Part shown: positions 24,073 to 40,760 of the stretch, in pieces
Layout of the letters: each line of letters starts with the position of its first letter
Position numbering within the stretch: position 1 is the stretch's first letter
From: Octopus vulgaris
Taxonomy: Eukaryota
Direction of reading: 5' to 3'
Assembly: GCA_951406725.2 (NCBI GenBank)
Contig: OX597819.1
Span: 15,686,001 to 15,750,000, forward strand
DNA: 64,000 nucleotides
Program-made: the position numbers and the translations under genes
The notes under the pieces: generated by a model
What the model was told of the DNA's origin: nothing
What the model saw: the letters and a program-made list of their open reading frames with translations, nothing else
Databases searched by the model: none

Positions 24073-24114
24073 AAAATATATACATATATATACACATACA
24101 CGCACGCACACACA

Positions 24115-24319
24115 CATGGTCTGATCAATAAGTATCCAGACTGTTGCCATATGCATTCCTTCCAAGCACTGCTGTAAACAGCGGAAGTGAGCTAGAATGT
24201 TAAAACTTAGTGCACATGCACAGCAGAATCCAAGGTCAATCTGTGCCAAGCCGCTTCACTCTGTGTGTTTTAGCTTCGTTACTATGCCAACAGTCCAGAT
24301 ACTTATTGATCAGACCTTG
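24115..24319. mobile_element. Tc1/mariner-type MITE (~205 bp)
   Basis: TIRs CATGGTCTGATCAATAAGTATCCAGACTGTTG / CAACAGTCCAGATACTTATTGATCAGACCTTG, TA at the right end, no ORF. Confidence 0.75.
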
Positions 24320-24327
24320 TATATATA

Positions 24328-24543
24328 TCACTTGATCACTTTGACCGACCAGTCCGTCAGGCGTCCATTTGACACCGCTGGTCACAGCACGCTGTCCACT
24401 CCTCTCTGGATCGCGCCTTTCTCATCCACGTGATCCCAATCGTCCTCTTGAAATCGTCACTCCACCGTCGTGGAGGTCTTCCGGGTGGTCTTTTCCGCTC
24501 ACGCGGGTACCACTCGACAACTGCGTGCGTCCACTGATTATCG

Positions 24544-24545
<2 letters not shown>
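24328..24545 (-). mobile_element. 5'-truncated RTE LINE 3' end (second RTE family, CpG-rich)
   Basis: DNQWTHAVVEWYPRERKRPPGRPPRRWSDDF..GITW; (CAAGTGAT)-type tail; flanked by TA repeats. Confidence 0.75.
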
Positions 24546-24591
<46 letters not shown>

Positions 24592-24862
24592 TCATCATCA
24601 TCGTTTAACGTCTGTTTTCCATGCTAGTATGGGTTGGACGGTTCGACCGGGGTCTGGGAAGCCAGGAGGCTGCACCAGGGTGCAGTCTGATCTGGCAGTG
24701 TTTCTACAGCTGGATGCCCTTCCTAACGCCAACCACTCCGTGAGTGTAGTGGGTGCTTTCTACGTGCCACCGTCACATGTGCCAGGGTAGACTGGCAACG
24801 ACCACGATCGGTTGGTGCTTTTTACGTGCCACTGGCACGGAAGCCAGTCAAGGCAGTGCTGG

Positions 24863-24912
<50 letters not shown>

Positions 24913-25969
24913 GGTCCTGGTGTTGCTCTGTTGTTAAAAATTTGCTTCCCACCAACATGGTTTTCGATTTAGTCTCACTGTGTTGCACCTTGGGCAAGTC
25001 TTCCATATCCCCTGGCCAACCAAAGCTTTGTAAGTGGGTTTGCTAGATGGAAACTCAAAGAAGCCCGTCATTATGTGTGTTATATTTCTAAAAGAATGTA
25101 CTGCCATACTACCACTGTCTTTTGTTTCTAATCTTCTTTGAAAACATTTCTGCTCGAAAGCTTGTGAGAGTTATTGGCAGGACAGACATCTGACCATGAT
25201 AAAATTTGCATCTATGACTATTGCTGTCTGACCCATGCAAACATGGAAATGTGAATATAAGTGCAGGAGTGGTTGTGTGGTAAGTAGCTTGCTTACCAAC
25301 CACATGGTTTCGGGTTCAGTTCCATTGCATGTTACCTTGGGCAAGTGTCTTCTACTATAGCCTCGGGTTAACCAAAGCCTTGTGAGTGGATTTGGTAGAC
25401 GGAAACTGAAAGAAGCCTGTCATATATATATATATATATACACAAGATATTTATATCTATACATTTATATCTATATATTGACCTACCATAAAAGGCTAAT
25501 ATTGGTAAAATGAGACATACTTATCTACATGGCCGAAACAGCTGTAAGATGTAATCTATACTTATATCTATATTTACTTATATTTATATTCTCTTTTTTA
25601 TATATATTCTACTTATTATACAACATTACTCTTTTATGTACACTTTTTATGTACAGTCCTTTATATACACTGATTTGTTCTGCTTTTCTATGTTTAGCCC
25701 TACAGTCTCTTATGTGGTGGTTTAATAAAGTATGTGATTGAGTATTATCTGGTAATTGATATTTGATTTAGATGTATTTCTCCATTTTCTTATCTTGTAT
25801 TAGTATTTTGTGGTAAATCATTTTACCTTTGCCCATATAATGCAGTAAATTAATTGATTGCATCGCAATCCTTAACATTTATGTATTAACTTTGTTGGGT
25901 ACTTCACTAGCAGTATATTGGATATATGTTATCCCATGGAGGGTTGCATTTACAACCCCTATCTCAATT

Positions 25970-26012
<43 letters not shown>

Positions 26013-26337
26013 ATGTATATATATATATGTGTATGTATATATATATATGTGTATGTATATATATATATGTGTATGTATATATATATATGTGTATGTATAT
26101 ATATATATGTGTATGTATATATATATATGTGTATGTATATATATATATATGTATGTATATATATATGTGTATGTATATATATATATGTGTATGTATATAT
26201 ATATATGTGTATGTATATATATATATATGTGTATGTATATATATATGTGTGTGTATGTATATATATATGTGTGTGTATGTATATATATATGTGTGTATGT
26301 ATATATATATGTGTATATGTATATATATATGTGTATA

Positions 26338-26368
<31 letters not shown>

Positions 26369-26369
<1 letters not shown>

Positions 26370-26762
26370 CTAGCAGCTAAGCCCAGTTTCACCCGGTCTG
26401 TTTGGATGATGTGGCTATGATCGTTTTCAGTTAGGCATAATCTATAACAGCATTCCTCAACCATATCATTTCGGATCTCCTGTTTCGATTTCCAGCTGTA
26501 CGAAAATTTCCTGGCCCCACCCCATCAGAAAACAGCTTCTAAGCAACTGTTTGTTTTAATGGCAGAAGAAAGAGGGGAATTCCATTAGAAAAAGTTTTAA
26601 TTGATTTTTTGGGTTAGTATGAGGGCTAGGAAAAAAATACAAACTGCATTCCAATCTATGCACCCGTCTCCACATGTGTGCCATTTTGTATGTGAATCCA
26701 CCCAGCCGTTTGGCTGTGAACCTCAAGACAAGAAAGAATACAATGATCGCCCATGTCCAATT

Positions 26763-26770
<8 letters not shown>
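26369..26770 (+). mobile_element. Non-autonomous Helitron-like element
   Basis: Starts ACTAGCAG..CCCAG..CCCGG and ends TTTATATTATATA in a TA run; same end architecture as 49916-50215. Confidence 0.45.
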
Positions 26771-26804
<34 letters not shown>

Positions 26805-27943
26805 GTATATGTTTGTGTCTGTGTTTGTCCCCTCCAGCATCACTTGACAACCGATGCTGGTGTGTTTATGTTCCCGTAAATTAGCGATTCATCAAAAGAG
26901 ACTGATAGAATAAGTCCTGGGGTCGATTTGCTCGACTAAAGGCAGTGCTCCAGCATGGCTGCAGTCAAGTGACTGAAACAAATAAAAGAATTAAAACAAT
27001 ACTGAGGATGATATCATCATCCTCATTGTTTAATGTTTGTTTTCCATACGAGCATTGGTTGGATGATTTGATCTGGTGAGCCTCAGGGTCATATTCACCT
27101 CCAGTGCCAACATTGGTGTGGTTTCTATGGTTCATTGCCCTTCATGATACCAGCTACCTTACAGAGTGTACTGGGTGTGGTTTTTTTTTTGTGTGTGACA
27201 CTTGCAAGGCAAGAAAAGAACAGGAAGGAAAAAAAAATGAAAACAATCTCTTGAATAAATGGGTGGAATATTTGTGAAGTGGAAAGCAGTTTTGTGACAG
27301 GTGTTGACAGGTTAAAGTGGGCTAGAGGGACAAGCCTGCGTATCTTACTATAAAGGATATATATATATTTTTCAAAATATAACCACATATGAATCGTTAG
27401 GGATATTTTTTTCCCCTGTCTTCCTTTTCTATTGAACTTTCCTCTGTTTCTGAAGAGGAGCTGTGCTCGAAACATTAAACTGTCTTTCTTTACTTTCCTG
27501 AGTGTCTTTACATCCTTGCATTGTTTTCTTTTTTGTGTTCTTCGTTTTTTATTTATTGATATATATCATCATCATCGTCATTGTTTAACGTCTGCTTTCC
27601 ATGCCGGCATGGGTTGGACAGTTTGACTGAGGACTGGTGAGCCAGAAGGCTCTGCACCAGGCTCAATCTGATCTGGCAAAGTTTCTACAGCTGGATGCCC
27701 TTCCTAACGCCAACCACTCCAAGAGTGTTGTGGGTGCTTTTATGTGCCACCGGCACTAGGGCTAGTCAAGCGGTTCTGGCAACGACCATGCTCAAAAGGT
27801 GATTTTTTGTGCTACCTGCACGGGAGCCAGTCCAGCGGCATTGGCAACGACCATGCTTGAACATTGTTTTTCACGTGCCACCGACATATGTGCCGGTAAG
27901 GCAATGCTGGCAATGGTCACACTTGAATGGTGCTTTTTACATG

Positions 27944-29646
<1,703 letters not shown>

Positions 29647-30197
29647 TATTTAATATATTTGATGTGGCTAATTTGTTTATCTGTTTAATTGCTTCTACAC
29701 CCGCTCAACTCTTCCCTCTTATAGCCTTTCTTTGCCTTATGAAACAATCCTCTGTAAAGACATCAGAGTCTAAGTTTGAATTTTTTGAGCATTACCAAGT
29801 GTCTTCCATACGGTGAATCTCTGTGGATTATATATATATATATATACACACACACATATTCTTTTATTTGTTTCAGTCATTTGACTGTGGCCATGCTGGC
29901 ACACTGCCTTTAGTCGAGCAAATCGACCCCTGAACTCACTCTTTGTAAGCATAGTACTTATTTGATCGGTTTCTTTTTGCTGAACCGCTAAGTAATGTGA
30001 CGTAAACACACCAGCATCGGTTGTCAAGCAATGTTTTTTTTTTTGGGGGGGGGGACAAACACAGACACAAACATATATATACGACAGGATTCTTTCAGTT
30101 TCCGTCTTCCAAATCCACTCACAAGGCTTTGGTTAGCCCGAGGCTATAGTAGAAGACACTTGCTTAAGGTTCTATGCAGTGGGACTGAACCCGGAAC

Positions 30198-30497
30198 AAT
30201 GCAACCATTACATCAATTTAAATGCAGAGCAATCCTCAACTGCATAAATACATAGAATTATATTAAATTAAAGCTGAAGTGAAGACAGCATGTTCTTGAT
30301 CTATCTCCTTACCTTCTTGGAGGTTTTAGGTAAAATTATACTTATGTATCCATCTGTTTTAATTTAATTTAATTCTATGTATTTATGCAGCTGAGGATTG
30401 CACTGCATTTAATGGTTGCATTGTTCAATTAAATGGAGTCGCTTGAAGCGATTGTACTACATTACCTCTAGATATCCTGTTGCTTATTTTGATTATA
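30198..30497 (+). mobile_element. Self-inverted Penelope-like remnant (family H2) with hammerhead-like motif
   Basis: 30198-30270 is the reverse complement of ~30357-30422; tgcag-CTGAGGA...GAAGcgattgTA-ctaca. Same family at 53707-54087 (-). Confidence 0.55.
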
Positions 30498-33400
30498 TAT
30501 AGGGTGTGAGTTACAAATATTGTTGTATGTGGAGTCATATTTGTAGTTAAAAGAATTAGCTGTCTTTGGCTGCTATTTCTAAATTTTTGGTATGTGGTGA
30601 AACAACCTGTTGCTAAACCCTTAATTATATTTATTTATACATACATAAAGATAGAAAGGAGGGTGTGTAATCAGCTGGACATGATAATGGACAGTAGAGT
30701 TGTTGCTTTGTTTTTAGCCTTGGGTTAGACACCAGTGAGTAGAACTATGATCAATCCCATTTCAGTTGTGATCATCCTGCCTTCCCCATTTTCTTTTTAG
30801 CCAGATTATGTTATCTAATGTGTCTTTTTATGAGATGGTAGTGTTTGTGTGATTTGAGGGAGATTTAACTGCTAATTCTAGCATTCTGAGTGGTCTCATT
30901 ATAGATCTTTTCATTGTCTCCGAGAGTAGCTATTTAATTACTGGAGAAGCGTTAAGAATATGAACTTTGTTGATATGTAGCAGCAGGTGTAGGCAGGAAC
31001 TTTGCACAGTTGTTATCAGTAAATAAACAGTAGTAGGTACATAAAAGATAGATACATGGCTTGAGATGCACCAAATGAACTAAGGGCCATGGAGTAGTGG
31101 TGCATGGATGGTAAAGGGGGGAAATGTGGTAGATAAACTGGGGGTAGATCTGTCAGAAGTATTGTGATTATGGAACCACATTAATGTTACCCTCATATTT
31201 TCTGATTTTAAAGTTGGGATATTTTCAGTGATTTAGTTACTATTGGTTAGCCTCACTGCAGGGCTAAGAAGTTTTCCCTTGTCACTATGGGGTTAAAGTT
31301 GCTCTATCACTATGGGGTTAACAAGGTTGTCCCATCACTATGGGGTTAAGAAGTTCATAGCTTCATGATGTGGTTTCCAGTTTGATCTCAGCCCATCAGT
31401 TTGGGAAAGTGCTTTCAATCATATTCTCTCATTGACTAAAGTCTTGTGAGTAGACAGAAACTGTGTGGAAGCTTTGGCATGGCTGTGTGATTAGGAAGTT
31501 TGTTTCCCAACTACATGGTTTTGGGTTCGATCCCACAGTGTAGCACCTTGGCTAAGTGTCTTATTGTATAGCTCTGGGCTGACCAAAACCTTGTGAGTGA
31601 ATTTGGTAGATGGAAACTGAAAGTAGCCCATCACATATATATACATGTGTGTGTGTATACATGCATGTGTTCTTCCTTGTCTTCACATCATTGAATAGTT
31701 ATAAATGGGTATCACCATCACACCAGTGGAAATCCCCCATTTCCAGTCTGGTCATGGAGAAATGTTACAGGCAGGTGTTAGTGGGAGGAAGAGCATTCAA
31801 CCATAGAAAATCTGCCTCAACAAATTCCATCTGACCCATGCAGGCATGAAAAAGTGGATGTTAAAATGATGATGATAGACTTAATCCTCTGTTTGGTTGA
31901 ACCCTTGCACCTGACCCTAGGTGGAATATAGCAGTGACTATTCTGTTGTATGCATTGAAACCAGGTCTCCACCTGAGGATAACTTCTTCCTAGCTGTCTC
32001 AGAGGACCTGAAAAGGACCATAGGAACTGTCCTTTGTCTTCTGGCTGATCAATAAAAAAAAGACAAATGTAAACAGTCTACTTTTAATTAATTTTAACGA
32101 ATTAATATTTCATTGGTGCCTCCCCTTTTTGACCAGAATTAATTAATTAATAAGCTATTGATTATTTCTCTTCATCACTAGAATAATTCGAATAGATTAA
32201 AATTTCTTAGTTTATTACACTATGGATGTTAGAACCGATCTTACTGTTTAGCTTTCATGCAGAGTATGTCTCTAGGTATGTTTTATAGTTTAACCAAAAG
32301 AAGCAGGGCAGTGGCCTGATCATGACCTTCGAAGATTATCCTAGTTTGGGGACACTGATGTGGTTGATGTTCTGCTTGAATTTCTTTTGGTCTGTGTCTG
32401 TAGTTGAGAGAGAGGGAGAGAGAGAGAGAGAATTTCAGATGGTTGCTGCAGCTCTGGAGAGTAACAAATGATTGAGCAAAGAGGTTATTACAGTATCTGG
32501 GGAAAAGGTATATATCTGGAAGATATGATGTGTGATGGAAGAGATGGTGATGTTGGGTGGAATTGGTGTGTTTCAAAGGAACATAAGCCATTGTAGTAGC
32601 AGTGGTAGATGTAGAGAGAGGGTACAGAGTGTTTGACAGCTTGTGTGTCAGCAGCTAAATCACTGCTAATCAGATTGGTGGTCATTGATAGAGAAGTGGG
32701 CTGAGAGGTTAGTGTGTGAAGCAGCAGTACTCTCCCAGATGTATCAACAACATGCTAATGTTTGTCTTAGTTGAGCTGATTAGAGCTGAGGTATTTTATG
32801 GCCACCAGCAGGAAGCCAGGTCTGTAGAAATCAGTTTAGTAATGTTAAGATGTATGATGTTTCAATGTGAGATCAAAACATTATTTGTAGTGACTCCGAG
32901 GGGTTTTTGATATGTGCTGTCCATGTATTAGTGGATAGACAGCAAAACTGTCTCCTTGATCTGTTGAAGTCCACTTCAGGACTATGTGGTTTTTTGGTTC
33001 AATACAGCTGTGCAGCACCTTGTGTAAGTATCTCCTAGCTTAGTATGAAGCTGACTTAGAGACTTGTGAATGGAATTATGTAACCAGGAAGGGTGTAGAA
33101 GCCCGTTTTAGGAGCTGCTCTTATTTTCAGTTGATAGACTTAAACTGTTAGTTGGTTTAACAATGTCACATGGCTGGGTAACCTTGTACTTCCACTACAG
33201 CAAGACACCTGTATCTGTCTCACTATAACATTTTCATCATCACCTCCTCCCCTCTTAAAAGTTTTTGTTTTGCATGTGCTTGGTTACACAGTCAGTGCAC
33301 CCAGTCCACACTGTAAAGTGGTTGGTGTTCAGAAGGGCATCCAGCTGTACAAACCTTGCCAAAATTGTCATGTAAAAAGCACAAAGTCCACTCTGTTGAG

Positions 33401-33913
33401 TGGTTGGTGTTACGAAAGTATCCAGCTGTAAAAATCCTGCTAAAACAGTCACAGAAGTCTGGTACAGGCTTTGGCCTGGTTGGCTCTTGTGGTACTGTTC
33501 CACCCATGCTAGCATGGAACATGGACGTTAAATGATGATGTAATAGTCATTGCTGTAATGCAATGACAAGCTTCCAAGTTTGGTGCCACTGCACAGCTTC
33601 TTGACCAAATGCTTTCTGCTATACACTTGGATCATCTCATTCTTTATCAGTGAAATTAGATTGGTAGAAACTGTGTTGAAATGCATTGAATGGATTATAC
33701 TAATCCCTGGTGGTAGACTTAATCCACTCTTCAGTTTAGCGGCACCATTAGGCCCTAAAATGCTTTTACAGAAAGTCACATTGTGGCAAGTATTTGCTTC
33801 AAGACTCTGTCTAAAGGTATCTGGGGAAAATGGTATAAAGTCAGATATACCTGCTATGAAGACTTGGTAGATCATACTTGTGAAAGTACCATCTCAATGC
33901 ATCTGACGTTAGG

Positions 33914-33944
<31 letters not shown>

Positions 33945-34625
33945 ACGTACGTACGTACACAAGTGGGTTAAAAATTCACTACAGGTTTTCTTCAGGTGAA
34001 TTAAAAATTTGGTTTAGAGGGGAAAAAATCCCAAGACATGTAATATTCATTGACACTCTCATTTTAGCATAAATGGAGAGAGAGCAAAGGTACAAAGGGT
34101 TAGCCAGATTTAACAGGCTAAGATTTCATAAACCTCTGGGTCATAAAACAATCAACAGACAATGTCACATTAAATTATTCCTTTAAATAGTGGCCAAAAA
34201 TACAAGATAAGAGGAACACTTGCTCTCTGGTTTTCCCCTTATCTTTTATCTCCGGCCATCTCTTTCTCACTCAAACTTACACACACACACCCTGGGGGTC
34301 AACTTTGCCTTTCATCCATTTGAGGTTGACAAAATAAAGTACCAGTGAAGTACTAGAGTCTGTGTAACCATCTTGTGTACCCCCCCATTGCCTTAAAATT
34401 GCTGGCCATACACCCTGCCACAGGCTAGAGCCCTCCTCAGAGTAATGTTATCTTGGTCACTTATATGTAATGGAAAATGAGAAACTGGCCTTGTGAATCG
34501 TTGGGCTCAAGGATATATAAAATAGGGATTTACTCAGTGTGTGCATATGCAGGAATAACACACTTGATAACTACCGGGGATCAAACCAATTGAAGTGTAG
34601 TGTTAATATGAATATTGTAAATAAG

Positions 34626-35289
34626 GAAGCAAGCTGGTAGAATTGTTAGCACACTGGGCAAAATGCAGAGTGGCATTTTATCTGTCTTTACTTTCCGAGT
34701 TCAAATTCTGCTGAGGTTGACTTTGCCTTTCATCCTTTTGGGGTCAGTAAAATAAGTAGCAGTCGCTTATGGGAGTTGATGTAATCGACTAGTCTCCTCC
34801 CACAAACTTGCTGGCCTTGTGCCAAAATTTGAAACCAATATAAATATTCTTTTCTACTCTAGGCACAAAGCCCAAAATTTTTGGGGAAGGGGTCAGTTGA
34901 TTAGATCGACCCAGAATAAAACTGGTACTTAATTTATTGAACCCAAAAGGATGAAAGGCAAAGTCGACCATGGAGGAATTTGAACTCAGAACGTAAAGAC
35001 AGACGAAATACCACTAAGCATTTCACCTGGCGTGCTAACGTTTCTGCCAGCTGACCACCTTAATACGTTATATTCTTTTATGCTCTAGGCACAAGGTCCA
35101 AAATTTTGTGGGAGGGGGGCCAGTCAATTAGATCGATCCCAGTACGCACCCAGTACCTAATTTATTGACCCCAAAGGGATGAAAGTCAAAGTCGACCTTG
35201 GCAGAATTTGAACTCAGAACGTAAAGACAGATGAAATAACGCTAAGCATTTTGCTTAGCATGTGAACGTTTCTGCCAGCTTGCTGCCTT
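34626..35289. mobile_element. Cluster of three family B SINEs: one plus, two minus in tandem
   Basis: Plus copy 34626-34838; minus copies 34849-35058 and 35075-35289, flanked by the direct repeat TTGAAACCAAT(A/G)TAAATATT. Confidence 0.8.
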
Positions 35290-35454
35290 GAAACCAATGT
35301 AAATATTGTGAATATGTTGGAGATGAAGTCTGAAAATCTAAATCCAGTTAACTGTTGTTTTATTTCATTCATATTATAATTTTGTTTAAATTTTGATTAT
35401 ATATTTTATGTGTGTAGTTGGATTTAAATAATTTCACTATACATTCTGATTACA

Positions 35455-35477
35455 TCTTAAATTTTTATTTGTTCCAG
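35455..35477 (+). promoter_or_regulatory. Candidate 3' splice acceptor opening the long exon that leads into the MLK CDS
   Basis: T-rich tract ATTTTTATTTGTTCCAG|G at the point where SINE-rich DNA gives way to SINE-free DNA. Confidence 0.45.
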
Positions 35478-35944
35478 GTTTAAGAAGTTCCAATGGATTG
35501 TACAAATCACTTCCAAAGCGGCCTTCAAGAAAACGTAAACTGTTGTCTCCGGCACTTCTTTCACAGAAATTGCAGAGATTATGTCATCGAGCCAGAAGGA
35601 ACTAATAGAACCCAATACAATTAAGTAAAAAGAAGAAAAAAAAAAGAAGAAAAAAAGAGACTCTCATAAATATCTGATCCACTTTCCACCTCATCCAAAA
35701 CCACTCACAACTGCTCTCCTCACATGTTCACCTCTTCCTCCTCCTCCTCTATTGGCTACCTATAATCCGTACATCCCGTGGATACACTTCAACACAAACG
35801 TCTCTACACACTACAGGCTTACATCTGTCCATCTGTCTATACACTTTGTGAAAGTGTCTGTCTGTCTGTCTGTACGTATAAATTGCATCCTGAATCGGAG
35901 TGGAAGAAGTCAAACAAGTCTGGCAGTGGTAGTGGTGGTTTTAT

Positions 35945-35984
<40 letters not shown>

Positions 35985-36105
35985 ATAATAGTAGTTGATA
36001 TTGCACTTAAAAGCTGAGCATTTGATTGAGAAGGAGGAGGACAGGAGAGGTACTTGTAAAATACCTTTTTTAGTATCTACAGAGAGAGGGTGAGCGGGAT
36101 ATATA

Positions 36106-36144
<39 letters not shown>

Positions 36145-38203
36145 CGTATACATACATAGAAGCAAAGGGGATAAGCAGCTGTTATTATAGCTATCATCTA
36201 CCTCCACTCTCTCTCTATTTCATTTCCTCTTACACCACTCCCAGTTGTTCCCCTCCCGCCGCCTCCCCCCTACACTGTCTCCACCACCACCACTGCTGCC
36301 GTCGCCGCCACCACCACCATCAGCTGGTACTTGCAAGAATGTTGGGCATTTGGGTCAGTGATTTTAAACTGCATAAAAAATGAAGCTCCAGCTAGGTAAA
36401 TGTAAATAAATAAGATAAAAGAAAAAAACAAACAAACACTGTAAACACACTCATGCACTAGTACACATTCACATACACACACACACACACACACGCACGC
36501 ACGCATACACAGACGCGTGCACACACACACACACACACACGTATATATTTGTAAAATACTTAGTTTAAACACAATAGCAACAAAAACAACAACAGCAGCA
36601 GCAGTAATAACTGCAACACTGAACAGTTTTTTAACACTTCAAATGAAATCAAAGCCTTTTACGAAACTTTCAGCACCCCTCTTTCCTCCTTCTCCTCCTC
36701 CTCCTCCCCCTACCTGTCTTCCAGTGCTTTAACTGCTAAACTCATCCCCCTCCTCTCTCTCTCTCTCTCTCTCTCTGCTGCTCCTCTCATCAAGGTGGGC
36801 CACCTTCTCAGCTGAGGGAAAGAACTTCCTTATAGACAATCTTTGAATTTTCTTTCATCACATAGGAGAGAGAGAAGTAAGCACATACACACATCACAAC
36901 ATAACTCAGCCCGTGTTTGTAGAAAGAGTAAGCGTTACCTTGAAGCTGTATGTATAGGTTTTGTATTTTGGTGTATGTAAAAAAATCTAGTACGACTATA
37001 CATACATTTCACACATATAAATGTATATCTATATAATCACACACAAACATACATTTTTGTAGATATGTATGAAAACTAAATTAAAAGTATAAAAAATATA
37101 TATATTCCATCGTATATATAATATATATATATATATATTCCCTTACACTCATGTGTGTGTGTAAGATATCTATATATCTATCTATATACTTATATATATC
37201 ATATATATATTCCCTTACACACACTCACGTGTGTGTGTAAGATATCTATATATCTATCTATATACTTATAGACACCATTATACATATATATTTATATATA
37301 TATATATATACTACATATAAAAACAAAAAATTTCTATTCATTCTATACTATTATTTTTCTAAAGTAGACAAAAAAAAACGTACTTGGCAGACTCTCTCTC
37401 TCTCATTCACATACACACACACACACAACACCTCAAGTGTTGCAAGAATGCTTAATAACTGGGTCGATTTCTACCACTTCAGTAAATCTTGCAAAAACTT
37501 CAGACAAGAAATTCACCTGCTTCCCGACTGTTACTGCTGTTACTACTACCACCATAGCAACTGTAGTAGTAGTAGTAGTAGTAGCAGTAGTCGTAGAGGC
37601 AGCAGTAGCATTAACAAAAACATTTGCATCAAGTCTACTACAAATAATAATAATAATAATAGCAACATTATTGGCCTCATCCCCACCTTTGCTGAAAATA
37701 AAGATATTATAACAAAGAGACAAGCTTGCCAATTGTTGCCTACCCTGACCATCACCCCGAACTCCAAGAGCTGCCATCATCAGCTGCAACAAAGGGGAGG
37801 TGGTGGAGGTGGGAAACGGAGATTCCTTCAGTTGAGTGCGACCCCACAATATCGATGTGCTTGTGGCCGTGTTTGTCTTCATCATATGCTGAGGAAGAGA
37901 GGGAAAACGAGGACCCCTATGCTCTTTGAGAGGCGACTGCTTCAACACGGCCGCTTTGCAAGACAAGCACCAGTGCTGAAGGGGACGTCTCTTGGTGTTT
38001 AGCAGGCATTCGTTTGACAACAGGTGCCTGCAGTCTCCCCAAATTCATTAAAACAATAAAAAAAAGCAATCCCCCCCATCTCCCCCCACCTCATCATTAT
38101 TTTTCTTTCCATCCTATGGTCACACACACAACGCACACACACACACAGAGCACACATTGCATTCTGTTGTTTATATCCATATTGCAGTGTTTGGAATTTC
38201 TGA

Positions 38204-39562
<1,359 letters not shown>

Positions 39563-39986
39563 TGACATGTAATTACATGCATAATGATTATAATGTTCTC
39601 CATCTGTCTTCTCTGTTTTTCCAGAGAAGCTCCCTAAGTTGTTTGATAAATAGCTTTAGTTGTTATTATTGTTGTTGTTGTTGATTGGTCCTGACCCAGC
39701 AGACTGATAAGGAAGGCTGTTCCTGTCTTGGCCATTCAATATTTCTTTGTTACTCAGGACAAGTACCAGGCCTCCAAAGAATAAGCACTGGGGTCAATTT
39801 GCTCGACTAAAAACGGTGCTCCAGCATGGCCGCAGTCAAATGACTGAAATAAGTAAAAGAGAAAGAAATATATATATCCCTAGCAACTGTCCACTCTTTC
39901 ACTTGATGATTTCATTGTTTGTTTGTTTTATTGTTGTTCTTTCTGATTTTGAAACTGTCACATTACTGCTTTGCTTTTTACAGGTG

Positions 39987-40028
<42 letters not shown>

Positions 40029-40289
40029 CTAGCTTTTTTGCTGATCATCATGATGGCAACAAACTCGCTTTGTATGTTCGTGTTTGGATTTCATCTGCTT
40101 TTTCCTGCCACTAGTTATTCTTCGGTCCGTGTATTTAGTTTCGTACTGCAGCCTTTGTATCTTGGTAATGTTTCCTTTTCCGCTCATTATTCCTGTCAAT
40201 TTGGTAGGCAGGAAACCCTACCTTCTATTAATCTACTGATTGATTTGTGTGTTATTCTTGTAAATCCTATGAAGCACAAGGATTCCGGA

Positions 40290-40760
40290 CAAGCTTCATA
40301 CACACTCGCGGGCTCTATGTGTCCTTAGTGGTGTTGTTGTGTTCCTAATATCAATCATTGATCACTTTGTCTCCAACAATTCGGTGCGACACCAGTGCAA
40401 AATCACCTCCCTCTAACAAGTCGTCCTAACGAAACGTCTGCATTGGCTGGGTCATGCCCTTCATCGTCAACCAGGAGAATTCATCTATGAAGCAATTGCC
40501 CCAGCTCCCCTTCAGGGTTGGCGAAAGCGATGTGGTGGACAACAAAAAACCTGGCTGATGACAGTCAAGGCTGATTTGAAACCCAACTTAGGACCCCATA
40601 TCTATGGTGTTTGCCGCTTGAATAAGTAGTGGTTGGAGATCACATGGTTGTTAGCCTCAAATCGCCAGGCCTGGTCAGCGTTTGTGAGAGATGCAGCATT
40701 GAGGATGAATGAAGCCAGCTCAACCTACCCCGGGTGAATGCTGTCTCAACATCAAGATCA
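40290..40760 (+). mobile_element. RTE LINE 3' fragment (third RTE family)
   Basis: RLHWLGHALHRQ...GWRKRCGGQQKTWLMTVKADL...ASNRQAW; RTE C-terminal pattern with stops. Confidence 0.75.
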
